A DNA stretch of 64,000 nt, from NCBI GenBank assembly GCA_040752415.1, contig JBFMGU010000007.1, positions 1 through 64,000 of the forward strand, written 5' to 3'. The position numbers and the translations under genes were made by a program. Source of the DNA: Myxococcota bacterium. Its GTDB lineage: Bacteria; Myxococcota; JACRCW01. Below the pieces are notes generated by a model. It had not been told where the DNA came from. It saw nothing but the letters and a program-made list of their open reading frames with translations, and did no database searches. Positions 41,543-50,780 of this stretch are shown here, piece after piece (positions within the stretch are counted from its first letter, which is position 1; each line of letters opens with the position of its first letter).

Positions 41543-43435
41543 ATGCGAGGTGTGGTGATGCGGGTTGGCCGAATGACGTTGGTGCTTCTGGGATGTCTCG
41601 CGGTGCTCCTTTCCACGTCGGAAGCGTGGGCGCAGACCTGCGCGCCGGGCAGCTCCAGCGTCGATGGCCAGGAGCCCTGCAGCCAGTGTCCAGCAGGAAC
41701 GTTCCAGCCCAGCCCCGGCCAGACTTCCTGTCTGCCCTGCAGCGCGGGCTACTACAACGACCAGCCCGGCGCGACGTCGTGCACCGCGTGTCCCTCGGGC
41801 AGTTTCCAGCCCAACGCGGGCGCCATCTCGTGCAATCTGTGTGGTGTCGGCACGTTCCAGTCTCTCGCCGGTGGTACCACCTGCAACCCGTGTCCTCCTG
41901 GCACCGCACAACCCAACACCGGCGGGTCCTTGTGCAACCCGTGCGCTCCCGGGACCTTCCAGGAGCAGAGCGGCGCGCAGTCGTGCAACCCGTGCACGCT
42001 GGGAACGCATCAGTCCCAGGCTGGCGCCACGTCGTGTGACTTCTGTGCGGCCGGTTCCTACGCGGACCAGGTTGGCATGGCGGAGTGTGCGCCGTGTAAC
42101 GTCGGGGCCTTCCAGGCCAACATCGGCGCGGTGGCGTGCAACCCGTGTGCACCGGGAGCATTTGCCGCGCAGGCGGGGGCGGTGGCCTGCGACGACTGCG
42201 GCGTGGGCACGTTCCAGGATTCCGAGGGCCAGTCGACGTGCCTGGACTGCGCGGCGGGCACCTTCCAGGGCAACGTCGGTGCCGTCTCGTGTGACCTGTG
42301 CGTGCCCGGCACGGCCCAGCCGGTGACGGGACAGGCGTCGTGTCCGTCGTGCGCGCCGGGGACGTACCAGTCACAGTCGGGAGCGCTCACGTGCGTGGAT
42401 TGCCAGGCCGGGTACTACCAGCCCGACGTGGGCCAGCAGGAATGCCTGGCGTGCCCGCCCGGGACGTACCAGTCGCAGGCGGGTGCGTCGTCGTGCGACC
42501 CGTGTCCCGCGGGAACCTACCAGGGCGTGACGGCGCAGATTTCGTGCAAACCGTGTGAGGCCGACACGTGGTCCAACCCCGGAGCCACGGGCTGCCAGGC
42601 GTGTCCGCCGCCGCAGGACGCCACGGATGACTGCGTGGCCGAGGCCTGCGTGAATGGCGTGGTGGTGGAGGTCGCCGACGACGCCGAGGTTCCTCCCGAC
42701 GACGGCGTGGCGTGCACCACCGAGGTCTGCATCCTGGGCACACCCGTTCATGTCCCCAACGACGCCCTGTGCAGCGACGGCGAGTTCTGCTCGGGCGCCG
42801 AGCACTGCGACCCCCAGCAGGGCTGCGTCAGCGACGGAAATCCGTGCGGGGATGCGGGTGTGTGCGGCAGCGCCTGTGACGGCGACGCCGGTCAGTGCGC
42901 TCCCCCGCACGCCGCCTGCTGCGACGAGAACACGCCCTGCGCCGACAACGACCCGTGCACCGACGATGCGTGCGTGAACAACGTGTGCGTCTCCACGGTG
43001 GATCCAGATTGCACGCCGGACGGCGGCGCACTGGACGCGGGGCTCCCGGATGCGGCGGCGCTGGACGCCACGCTTCCCGACGCCGAGGTCCTGTTGGACG
43101 CGGGGACCGCGGATGCTGCGGTGATTCCGGATGCCGCCATCACGCCGGATGCCGCGCCCACACCTGACGCTGCCGTGGCTCCCGACGCCGCGGTGCTTGC
43201 CGACGCCGCCGTGACCCCTGACGCTGCTCCCCGCCCGGATGCCGCGGTGGCGGATGCGGCTTCACCCTCGTCGGACGCGTCGGTGCTGGTGGACGCCGGG
43301 ACTGCCGCGGCCGACGCGGGTGGTGGGGAAGAGGAGACGGATGGCTGCACGTGTCAGGCGTCTTCGTCGGTGAATGGCCCGGGGATGCTGGCGCTCGCCG
43401 GGTTGCCATGGCTTGTGCGTCGTCGTCGTCGCTGA
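41543..43435 (+). CDS. Surface protein with 17-aa GCC2/GCC3 (ephrin-receptor-like) Cys repeats, PDAA linker and MYXO-CTERM-like tail
   Basis: Signal peptide AWA|Q; repeated C..C..GTFQ...G..SC; DPCTDDAC repeats; GCTCQ-hydrophobic-RRRRR. Confidence 0.88.
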   Translation: MRGVVMRVGRMTLVLLGCLAVLLSTSEAWAQTCAPGSSSVDGQEPCSQCPAGTFQPSPGQTSCLPCSAGYYNDQPGATSCTACPSGSFQPNAGAISCNLCGVGTFQSLAGGTTCNPCPPGTAQPNTGGSLCNPCAPGTFQEQSGAQSCNPCTLGTHQSQAGATSCDFCAAGSYADQVGMAECAPCNVGAFQANIGAVACNPCAPGAFAAQAGAVACDDCGVGTFQDSEGQSTCLDCAAGTFQGNVGAVSCDLCVPGTAQPVTGQASCPSCAPGTYQSQSGALTCVDCQAGYYQPDVGQQECLACPPGTYQSQAGASSCDPCPAGTYQGVTAQISCKPCEADTWSNPGATGCQACPPPQDATDDCVAEACVNGVVVEVADDAEVPPDDGVACTTEVCILGTPVHVPNDALCSDGEFCSGAEHCDPQQGCVSDGNPCGDAGVCGSACDGDAGQCAPPHAACCDENTPCADNDPCTDDACVNNVCVSTVDPDCTPDGGALDAGLPDAAALDATLPDAEVLLDAGTADAAVIPDAAITPDAAPTPDAAVAPDAAVLADAAVTPDAAPRPDAAVADAASPSSDASVLVDAGTAAADAGGGEEETDGCTCQASSSVNGPGMLALAGLPWLVRRRRR

Positions 43436-43560
43436 GGACGGTTGGAGCGATTCAGCCCGGTCTGTGGCGCGGACATTCCTGTCTGTGATCGTCGACGACG
43501 CAGCACCATCAACCTCCGTGCTGGTCACCGATCCGGGCATTACCTCCGTCGGGTTGCGTC

Positions 43561-43876
43561 ATGGATCCCGCGGACCTCATCGGGTGGACCAGCTCGGTCA
43601 TCCTGCTGCTCACCATTGGCACGCAGGTGCATAAGCAGTGGCGTGAGGGGCGCAGCGAGGGCGTGTCCCCCTGGCTCTTCATCGGTCAGTGCGCGGGCCT
43701 CGGCGGGGTTCACGTTGTACAGCTGGCTCGTGGGTGACCCGGTCTTCGTCGTCACCAATGCCATGCTGTTCGTGAGCGCGCTCACCGGCCTCACCATCCT
43801 CACGCACCACCGCAGGCGCGGGCGCAACCGCCCAACCGGCCTCCCCCGGGGACACGACGCGCTCACTTCACCTTGA
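43561..43876 (+). pseudogene. PQ-loop/SemiSWEET-like small membrane protein with a +1 frameshift at GGG 43695-43697 (pseudogene or sequencing error)
   Basis: MDPADLIGWTSSVILLLTIGTQVHKQWREGRSEGVSPWLFIGQCA continues in another frame as ASAGFTLYSWLVGDPVFVVTNAML. Confidence 0.75.
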
Positions 43877-44810
43877 GCACGATCTTCCCGCGGGTATGCC
43901 CGGCGCGGCTCAGGTCCTGCGCACGCGCGGCGTCCTGCAGCGGCATGACCTGGACGGCGGGCGGTTTCAGCTGGCCCTCGTCGATGAGTCGCGCCAGGTG
44001 ACGCAGCTGCTGGCCGCTGGGCGCCACGAACACGTAACCGCCCTCGACACCATGCTGGTCGGCCAGCGCGCGGTCCGGCATGCCCACGATGCTCACCACC
44101 TTCCCGCCCCGACGGGTCATCCCGTACGCCTGCTTCTGCGCCTCACCCCCCACGAAGTCCAGCACCACGTCGACACCGTCGGGAACGTGCCGGCGCACCG
44201 CCTTCGCCACGTCCTCCTGCGTGTAGTCGATGGCGAGCTCCGCGCCGAGGCTCCGGACGTACTCGTGATTCTTCGCGCTGGCGGTGGTGAGCACGCGCGC
44301 CCCCGCCACGCGGGCCAGCTGGATGCCCATGCTCCCGACGCCACCGGCCCCGCCTTGTACCAGCACGGTCTGTCCCGCCTTCACTCCCGCCAGCTCCAGG
44401 CACTGCAACGCGGTCAGCCCCACGAGGGGAATGGCCGCGGCCGCCTCGAACGCGAGCGTGGCGGGCATGGGCGCCACCGAGGTCTCCGGCACCGTCACGA
44501 GCTCCGCGTAGGTGCCCCACTGCACCTCCGGCTTGCGACAGTACGCGTAGACCTTCTCGCCCTTGTGGAAACCCTTCACCGCGCTGCCCACGGCGGCCAC
44601 CGTGCCCGCGGCGTCCCAGCCGGGAATGAGCGGGAAGTGGTGCGGGAACATCCGGGCCAGCTTGCCCTCGCGGATCTTCCAGTCCACCGGGTTCACCGAC
44701 GTGGCGGCAATCTCGACGAGCACCTCCCCCGCGGCGGGATTGGGGCTCGGCAGCTCCGCCGGGTGCAGCTTGTCCGCGCCGCCAAACGCGTCGATCACGA
44801 TCGCCTTCAT
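43863..44810 (-). CDS. NADP-dependent MDR-family (quinone) oxidoreductase
   Basis: SVNPVDWKIR, PGWDAAG, GGAGGVG, GHTRGKIVL. Confidence 0.93.
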   Translation of the reverse strand: MKAIVIDAFGGADKLHPAELPSPNPAAGEVLVEIAATSVNPVDWKIREGKLARMFPHHFPLIPGWDAAGTVAAVGSAVKGFHKGEKVYAYCRKPEVQWGTYAELVTVPETSVAPMPATLAFEAAAAIPLVGLTALQCLELAGVKAGQTVLVQGGAGGVGSMGIQLARVAGARVLTTASAKNHEYVRSLGAELAIDYTQEDVAKAVRRHVPDGVDVVLDFVGGEAQKQAYGMTRRGGKVVSIVGMPDRALADQHGVEGGYVFVAPSGQQLRHLARLIDEGQLKPPAVQVMPLQDAARAQDLSRAGHTRGKIVLKVK

Positions 44811-44865
44811 GGGTGCTCCTCGTCGTGAAAACGAGGGTCAGCCATGGCGCGGGCCACCAGGGGTG

Positions 44866-45945
44866 TCAAGGAGCGCGCGACGCGGCGAAGTACGAAACAC
44901 CGTTGGGTCGCTCACCGGTGGGGATGGTCGCCAGCACGGTGCGCTCGTCGGTGCTGACCACGGAGAGCGTGCCGTCCACCACGTTGGTGACGTAGAGGCT
45001 CCGACCGTCCGGCGCCACCGTCACGCCGTGCGCGCCCTGGCCCACCGTGATGGTGTGGGTCACCGCCATGGCCGGCACGCTGACCTCGTAGAGCAGCGGT
45101 GACGACGGGCGGTCCATGAGCACGCCCTGGTCACACACGTAGAGGCGCTGGGAGTCGGGGGAGACGTGGAGCTGGATGGGACCGCGGGATTCCGGCGGCA
45201 GCGCCAGACGTCGCAGCTCCCCGGTGGCCAGCGTGAGACGCACCACCTCGCGCGTGTCGTACAGCGTGACGAACACGTAGCGCCCGTCGGGGGAGCACGC
45301 GGTCTGCACCGCCATCCCCTCCAGCGGGACCTCCGTCGTCGTTGCGGTTTCGGGGTCCACCACCACCAGCGCGCCGGCGTCCATGGTGGCCACGTAGAGC
45401 TTCCCCTGGCACATCCGCAGCCCGTGCGGACCGCTCCCCGCGCCCAGCTCCGCCAACGCCGTCACGGCGCGCGTGTCCACGTCCAGCCGGTACAGCGTCC
45501 CGGTGGTGTAGGCGGTCACGTAGGCGTAGCGGGACGCGTCGTCGACGACCACGTGCGCCAGGTGCAGCCCCTCGCCCAGCACCACGCGGTCCACGATCTC
45601 GTCGGTGACGGGGTCCACCACCACCACCTGCTCCTCGGCGGTGCCGTGCCCCGGCATGGGCGGCGCGGTGATCCAGACCGTGCGACCATCCGGCGCCACC
45701 TGCACGTTGTGCGGCATGTACATCACCGCGGTGTTCAGGTTGATGCGCCCCACGCGCTGCAACGTGTGCGGGTCCACCACGTCGACGGTGCCGGCCATCT
45801 CCGCCGCCACGTACACCTTGTCCTGCGGCGCGGAGGGCGAGCCGGCGTCGTCGGGTCCGGGGGGATTGCCGCCAGTGCACGCGGCCAGCGCCGCCGTCAG
45901 GGCGCACCACCGCAGGGAATTCGTCGTCACGCCAGGGCGCCGCAT
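44866..45945 (-). CDS. YncE/YVTN beta-propeller lipoprotein
   Basis: LAAC lipobox; PHNVQVAPDG, GPHGL, GAHGVTVAPDGRSLYVTN, GERPNGV. Confidence 0.85.
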   Translation of the reverse strand: MRRPGVTTNSLRWCALTAALAACTGGNPPGPDDAGSPSAPQDKVYVAAEMAGTVDVVDPHTLQRVGRINLNTAVMYMPHNVQVAPDGRTVWITAPPMPGHGTAEEQVVVVDPVTDEIVDRVVLGEGLHLAHVVVDDASRYAYVTAYTTGTLYRLDVDTRAVTALAELGAGSGPHGLRMCQGKLYVATMDAGALVVVDPETATTTEVPLEGMAVQTACSPDGRYVFVTLYDTREVVRLTLATGELRRLALPPESRGPIQLHVSPDSQRLYVCDQGVLMDRPSSPLLYEVSVPAMAVTHTITVGQGAHGVTVAPDGRSLYVTNVVDGTLSVVSTDERTVLATIPTGERPNGVSYFAASRAP

Positions 45946-45998
45946 GGGCGCGTCCGGCGTGCACGCGGCGTACCCGGGGCGCTTGCTCCAACGTCAGC

Positions 45999-46661
45999 TC
46001 AGGCGCGGATGGGCCCGGTGAGCAGGCCCAGGTCGGCCGGCACGCTGCGCCCGGCGCCCCGACGCTCCTCCGCGTAGGTCCGCGCCATCTGCACCAGCTC
46101 GGCGTTCACGCGCTCCGGCAGATTGTGCACGCGCGCCAGCGGCAGGCCCATGGTGACCACCTTGAGCACCAGCTGGTTGAACGTCCCGTCGGGGAAGTGC
46201 GCCGCGGGGTAGGGGTTTTCACACGCCAGCGCCTCGAACACCGTCGGGATGGAGCCGCGCGAGGCGTCGGTGGCCTGGTTGAGGAAACGGCGCGGCTCGT
46301 CGATGAGCGGCAGCGTGCGCAGCAACGCGCATTTCTCCCCCGACTCCGCGTAGCGGTAGAGGTCGGAGAGCAGCGTCACGTACTTGTCGGCGGGAAGCTG
46401 TTGCGCGGCGGCCAGCAGCATGGCGGCGCGGGCCAGCTCCGACAGCGGCCAGGCGGTGCGCCAGCTGCACCACGGCGTGGCCTGCTCGCTGGCGTCGAGC
46501 TCACGGGTCACGCCGGAGAACGCAATCAGGAACGCGTCGGTGCGGAGCGCGCCGCCGCCGCCGTCAAACGCCAGGCCCGTCCGTCGGGTGATGCTCTCCT
46601 GCCAGGACGAGGTGGCGGCGGGAAGGCTGGAGAGGACGTGCTCGAGAGCGGAAGGTGCCAT
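45999..46661 (-). CDS. EboA-domain protein
   Basis: ELARAAMLL, EKCALLRTLP, ACENPYPAAHF...FNQLVLK, EERRGAGRSVPAD. Confidence 0.8.
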   Translation of the reverse strand: MAPSALEHVLSSLPAATSSWQESITRRTGLAFDGGGGALRTDAFLIAFSGVTRELDASEQATPWCSWRTAWPLSELARAAMLLAAAQQLPADKYVTLLSDLYRYAESGEKCALLRTLPLIDEPRRFLNQATDASRGSIPTVFEALACENPYPAAHFPDGTFNQLVLKVVTMGLPLARVHNLPERVNAELVQMARTYAEERRGAGRSVPADLGLLTGPIRA

Positions 46662-46858
46662 GCGTGACCCCACGGGGTTTTGTGTGCCCCCCGCTAACGC
46701 TTCCCGCTCGAGGCTTATTCGCATGACGCGCCGGGTCGAATTCCCACAAATGTCCGCGCGGAGCGCGCATCCGCTGCGCCGGCGCAGTCCCAACCCGCAC
46801 GCCTTGCCGGTGGCCTCGACGGAAGCGGATGGCCGCCCGTTTGCAGTGGCCTCAGGGC

Positions 46859-48226
46859 ATGGACATCACATTCTGCGGTGGCGCGGGGACGGTGACGGGA
46901 TCCAGGTACCTGGTGCGGACGAGCGGTCCCACGCTGCTGGTGGACTGCGGGCTGTTTCAGGGACTCAAGGAGCTGCGGCTGCGCAACTGGGACGCTCCGC
47001 CGTTCAATCCCGCCGAGGTGGACGCGGTGCTGCTCACGCACGCACACATCGACCACAGCGGGTACCTGCCGGTGCTGGGCAAGCGCGGCTTCACGGGACG
47101 CGTGTACTGCACCCGCCCCACGCGCGACCTGTGCCAGATCCTGCTTTCCGACTCCGCGCGCCTGCAGGAGGAGGAAGCGGGGTACGCGCGTCGGCACGGC
47201 TACTCCAAACACACGCCGCCGTTGCCGCTGTACACGGAGGAGGACGCGGCGCGCATCCGGGAGCACTTCCGCGCCGTCGACGTGGACACGCCGGTGGAGC
47301 TGGGCGGCGGGGTGCGGGCGCGCTTCCTCCTGGCGGGCCACATCCTGGGCGCGGCGATGATCCTGCTCGAGGACGGAGCGCAGCGCGTGCTCTTCAGCGG
47401 TGACCTGGGCCGACCGAAGGACCCCATGATGCCCGCGCCGACGACGGGACTGAAGACGGACTGGCTGCTGGTGGAGTCCACCTACGGCAACCGTCGCCAC
47501 GTCGACGACGATCCCGAGGCGGAGCTGGCCCAGGTCATCACGCGCACGGTGGCGCGCGGCGGCACGGTGGTGGTCCCGGCGTTCTGCGTGGGTCGCGCGC
47601 AGCTGCTGCTGTATCACCTGGCGCGGCTCAAGCGCGCCCATGCCATTCCCGACGTACCGGTGTTCCTCAACAGCCCCATGGCGCAGGAGACCGGTGCGCT
47701 CTACCCGCGTCACCGCGGCTATCACCGTCTCAACGACGAGGAGTGCTGGGACGTGTGCAACGTGGCGCGTCACGCGGTGACCGTGCAGGAATCCAAGGAT
47801 CTGCACCGCGTGGCGGGCCCCAAGGTGCTGATTGCGGGCAGCGGCATGGCCACCGGCGGGCGCGTGTTGCATCACCTCAAGGCGTACGCGCCGGATGAGA
47901 AGAACACGGTGCTCTTCGTGGGGCACCAGGCGGTGGGCACGCGTGGGGCGGCCATGGTTGCGGGTGCGGAGAGCGTGAAGATCCACGGCGAGCAGGTGCC
48001 CATCCGCGCGGAGGTGGTGAAGCTGGACCTGTTCAGCGCGCACGCGGATGGCGACGAGATCCTGGCCTGGCTGCGGACCTTCCGCGCACCGCCCGAGGAG
48101 ACTTTCGTGACGCACGGCGAGCCGGAGGCCGCGGAGGCGCTGCGCGCGCGCGTGGCCGAGGAGCTGGGATGGCGCGTGCGCGTGGCCCGGCACCTGGAGA
48201 CGGTGACGTGGTCGTCGTCGACGTGA
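46859..48226 (+). CDS. MBL-fold beta-CASP ribonuclease-like protein (YSH1 family)
   Basis: VTGSRY, LTHAHIDHSG, GHILG, FSGDLG, ESTYGNR, FSAHAD, THGE. Confidence 0.93.
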   Translation: MDITFCGGAGTVTGSRYLVRTSGPTLLVDCGLFQGLKELRLRNWDAPPFNPAEVDAVLLTHAHIDHSGYLPVLGKRGFTGRVYCTRPTRDLCQILLSDSARLQEEEAGYARRHGYSKHTPPLPLYTEEDAARIREHFRAVDVDTPVELGGGVRARFLLAGHILGAAMILLEDGAQRVLFSGDLGRPKDPMMPAPTTGLKTDWLLVESTYGNRRHVDDDPEAELAQVITRTVARGGTVVVPAFCVGRAQLLLYHLARLKRAHAIPDVPVFLNSPMAQETGALYPRHRGYHRLNDEECWDVCNVARHAVTVQESKDLHRVAGPKVLIAGSGMATGGRVLHHLKAYAPDEKNTVLFVGHQAVGTRGAAMVAGAESVKIHGEQVPIRAEVVKLDLFSAHADGDEILAWLRTFRAPPEETFVTHGEPEAAEALRARVAEELGWRVRVARHLETVTWSSST

Positions 48227-48455
48227 GGTCACGAAGCGGGCGAGCGGGAAGCGCCGCGCCCTGGAGTGCGGTGCAAAGACGGCGGAGCGCGCACGACGTG
48301 AAGCACCGCCCTGGATTGGACACGTATGGTCAGCGGTCGGTCGTCGGAGGGGACCGGTGACGGATCCAGGGCGGTGCTTGACGTCGTGGCGCGCTCCGCC
48401 GTCTTTGCACCGCACTCCAGGGCGCGGCGCTTCCCACTCTCCCGCTTCGTGAACC
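48227..48455. repeat. Long inverted repeat, family A doublet with expanded internal hairpin
   Basis: CCTGGAGTGCGGTGC-28 nt-GCACCGCCCTGGA at ~48259-48315, mirrored at ~48365-48421; ~90-bp arms; between convergent genes. Confidence 0.92.
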
Positions 48456-48457
48456 GG

Positions 48458-49123
48458 CTATGCCGTCACTGCGTCGGAATGTCGCCGGTGTCGGGAGTCC
48501 AGGCCGGGAATCAGGTGCCCGCGACAACACTCCGGCAGCTCGCCGCGGATGAGCTCCACCGCGTGCATGGCCTTGTCCAGGAAGCTCTCCGTGCTCTCCA
48601 CCGTGAACCGACGGGGATGCCCGCTCCACGCCTGCCGGATCCGCTCGTCGATGAGCGCGGCCTCCTCGGGCGTCTCGGTGCGCAGGCGGTTGGTGTTGTT
48701 GTAGCCGCCGTTCGCGGGCGGGGTGCGCAGGTGGATCACCACGTCGTAGCGAGAGAGCTGCTCGGCCTCGCTGCTGCGCACGCCGGCCCAGAACTCCGAC
48801 GGAGCGCCCTGCCAGTAGGCCAGCCCGTCCAGGGTGCCGCGGTCGCACAGGAACACCGCGGAGCCATCCACCGCCAGCTCCGCCTCCTCCAGCTCCGTCT
48901 GCACGTGGAAGATGGCGCGCTGCGCCGCCCGGGACGCGCCCGGCTCCGTCCGACGCGGAAACCCGCCGCCAAACAACACCCCCGCCGCCTCCGGCAGCAC
49001 CCGCACGTGACGACAGAAATGCTGCCGCACCAGCTCCAACACCGCCGTCTTCCCCGCGCCCGGACCGCCGGTCAGCACAATCCGCTTCAACGTGTGCCGG
49101 GTCTCACACTGACACGTCTCCAT
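48458..49123 (-). CDS. P-loop ATPase/kinase (AAA_28, NadR/Ttd14-like)
   Basis: IVLTGGPGAGKT, LPEAA, CDRGTLDG, YDVVIHL. Confidence 0.87.
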   Translation of the reverse strand: METCQCETRHTLKRIVLTGGPGAGKTAVLELVRQHFCRHVRVLPEAAGVLFGGGFPRRTEPGASRAAQRAIFHVQTELEEAELAVDGSAVFLCDRGTLDGLAYWQGAPSEFWAGVRSSEAEQLSRYDVVIHLRTPPANGGYNNTNRLRTETPEEAALIDERIRQAWSGHPRRFTVESTESFLDKAMHAVELIRGELPECCRGHLIPGLDSRHRRHSDAVTA

Positions 49124-49171
49124 GCCCGTTGGGCGTGCAACGGACGCGCCAGCAGGGACGTCCTGGCGTCG

Positions 49172-49282
49172 TCAGCCGTGGGTCTGGCGGGACTTGTTGC
49201 GACGCAACGCGTGGCGCCGCTTGAGGACGCGCTTGCGGTGGACCTTGGAGCGGCTGCGGACGCTCTTCTTGGTGCGCGGCAT
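49172..49282 (-). CDS. 36-aa highly basic small protein MPRTKKSVRSRSKVHRKRVLKRRHALRRNKSRQTHG (not in the ORF track)
   Basis: GAGGTG 4 nt before ATG; all but one sense codon end in G/C; fills the gap between two co-oriented genes. Confidence 0.7.
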   Translation of the reverse strand: MPRTKKSVRSRSKVHRKRVLKRRHALRRNKSRQTHG

Positions 49283-49344
49283 GGGTCACCTCGTCGGGAC
49301 ACGGCCCGGAGCGGGATATAGGCGGCGGCTGCTGCGCAGGCATT

Positions 49345-50049
49345 TCACCGCGGTGGTTTCTCGAAGTGCTGGTAGTCCACGCGGTCCTTCCAGCTCCCGC
49401 CCCACGTCCACCCGCGTTGCGTGAAGGCGCGATGGCACGCATCCCCTTCCGTGATCATCCCCGGCTGCAACACCCGACGGTCGAGGAACGTGAGGGCCAC
49501 GGGCGGCAGCACGCGGGTGGGTTTGTCGTCGGGACCCCAGGCACCCGTGGCGTCCACGCGCACGGGGCGCGGGTTGGAATAGGGATTGAGGCGCGGGTTG
49601 ATGTCCACGGCCCGCCCGTAGCTGTGCTTGGACCACTGCCCGGGACGCGTGGTGTTCGGTCGACACATGAACGCCGAGGTGTTGTTGTGCTCCATGGAGC
49701 GGTCGTCGCTGGCGTCAAAGTCCTCGATGAGCCGCACCTGCTCCACGGGAAAACGCGCGCGCAGCATCTCCGCGAACGCCTCCGCCACCTCCACCGCCAC
49801 CTCGACGTGGACAACGAGCTCACCCGCCTTCTCCACGCCGTCCAGTCCCAGGTGACGCACCCGCACCAGGGCCAGCTCCTCCCGGGGCACCGGGCAGCCC
49901 GGACGCCAGGACGCACCGGTGATGCGCTCCCGCGTGGCGACGGGAAGCGGCCAGCTCACGTCCGGGTGATCCGGCGGCGTGCGACGCACCTCGGCGCGCG
50001 GACAACCCAGCGTGCAGACCAGCACCAGCGTGAGCAAACGGTTGGGCAC
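49345..50049 (-). CDS. M15-family metallopeptidase (peptidoglycan peptidase), probable lipoprotein
   Basis: NNTSAFMCR, SKHSYGRAVDINP..NPY, WTWGGSW...DYQHFE. Confidence 0.9.
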   Translation of the reverse strand: MPNRLLTLVLVCTLGCPRAEVRRTPPDHPDVSWPLPVATRERITGASWRPGCPVPREELALVRVRHLGLDGVEKAGELVVHVEVAVEVAEAFAEMLRARFPVEQVRLIEDFDASDDRSMEHNNTSAFMCRPNTTRPGQWSKHSYGRAVDINPRLNPYSNPRPVRVDATGAWGPDDKPTRVLPPVALTFLDRRVLQPGMITEGDACHRAFTQRGWTWGGSWKDRVDYQHFEKPPR

Positions 50050-50159
50050 GCGCGCAGGATTAGCACGGGCCGCGTCCCGTCGTTGAATGCGGGGGGCGTC
50101 ATTGACGTCGCAGCCTGCGGCCCCTAATTGCGCGAAGAACCTTTCACGGAGGAGGAATC

Positions 50160-50756
50160 ATGCAGTCCCAGCGTTCCATGAAGGCCCTGGTGGTCACCGC
50201 AGGTCTGGTTTTCTCGTCGTCAACCCTGGCCCAGGAGGGCGCGCCCGCGGCGCAGCAGCAGGCTCCCGCGGCGGAGCAGAAGGCGGGGGAGCCCGCGGCG
50301 CCGGCCCCGGCCGACGAAGGCAAGGCGAAGATCAAGGGCGCCAAGGGCAAGAAGATGAAGCTGGCCAAGCGGCTGAACGCCTGCAAGGCGGATGTGCAGA
50401 AGTTCTGCGCGGAGGTGGAGCCGGGCGAGGGACGGCTGCACGCGTGCCTGGCGGGCAAGCAGGCGGAGCTGTCCAAGGGCTGCGCCGCCCAGCTGGACAA
50501 GGTGGGTCGCGCCAAGGGCTTCAAGGAGGCTTGCGCCGAGGACGTCAAGAAGCTGTGCGCCGCCGTGAAGCCGGGCAAGGGCCGCATTGCCAAGTGCCTG
50601 CGCGAGAAGGAGGCGGAGGTGGGCGCCACCTGCAAGGCGCGCCTGGACAAGGCCGCGGCGGAGAACAAGGACGTGGACAAGCTCGCCGACGACACCCACG
50701 GCGAGATCACCAAGGCGCCCGCCACCCCGGAAGCCGCGGCGGAGCAGAACCCGTAA
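50160..50756 (+). CDS. Secreted protein with two Cys-rich (GLG1/Cys_rich_FGFR-like) repeats
   Basis: GGAGG RBS; signal peptide; ACKADVQKFC..V.PG.GR...CL and ACAEDVKKLC..VKPGKGR..KCL. Confidence 0.82.
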   Translation: MQSQRSMKALVVTAGLVFSSSTLAQEGAPAAQQQAPAAEQKAGEPAAPAPADEGKAKIKGAKGKKMKLAKRLNACKADVQKFCAEVEPGEGRLHACLAGKQAELSKGCAAQLDKVGRAKGFKEACAEDVKKLCAAVKPGKGRIAKCLREKEAEVGATCKARLDKAAAENKDVDKLADDTHGEITKAPATPEAAAEQNP

Positions 50757-50780
50757 AAGCGGGTCGGCCCATGGGTCCGT

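Noticed and set aside
46859..49123. Nuclease plus ATPase as an anti-phage defence pair
   Set aside because: The genes are convergent and separated by a repeat, and both belong to common stand-alone families; there is no operon evidence.
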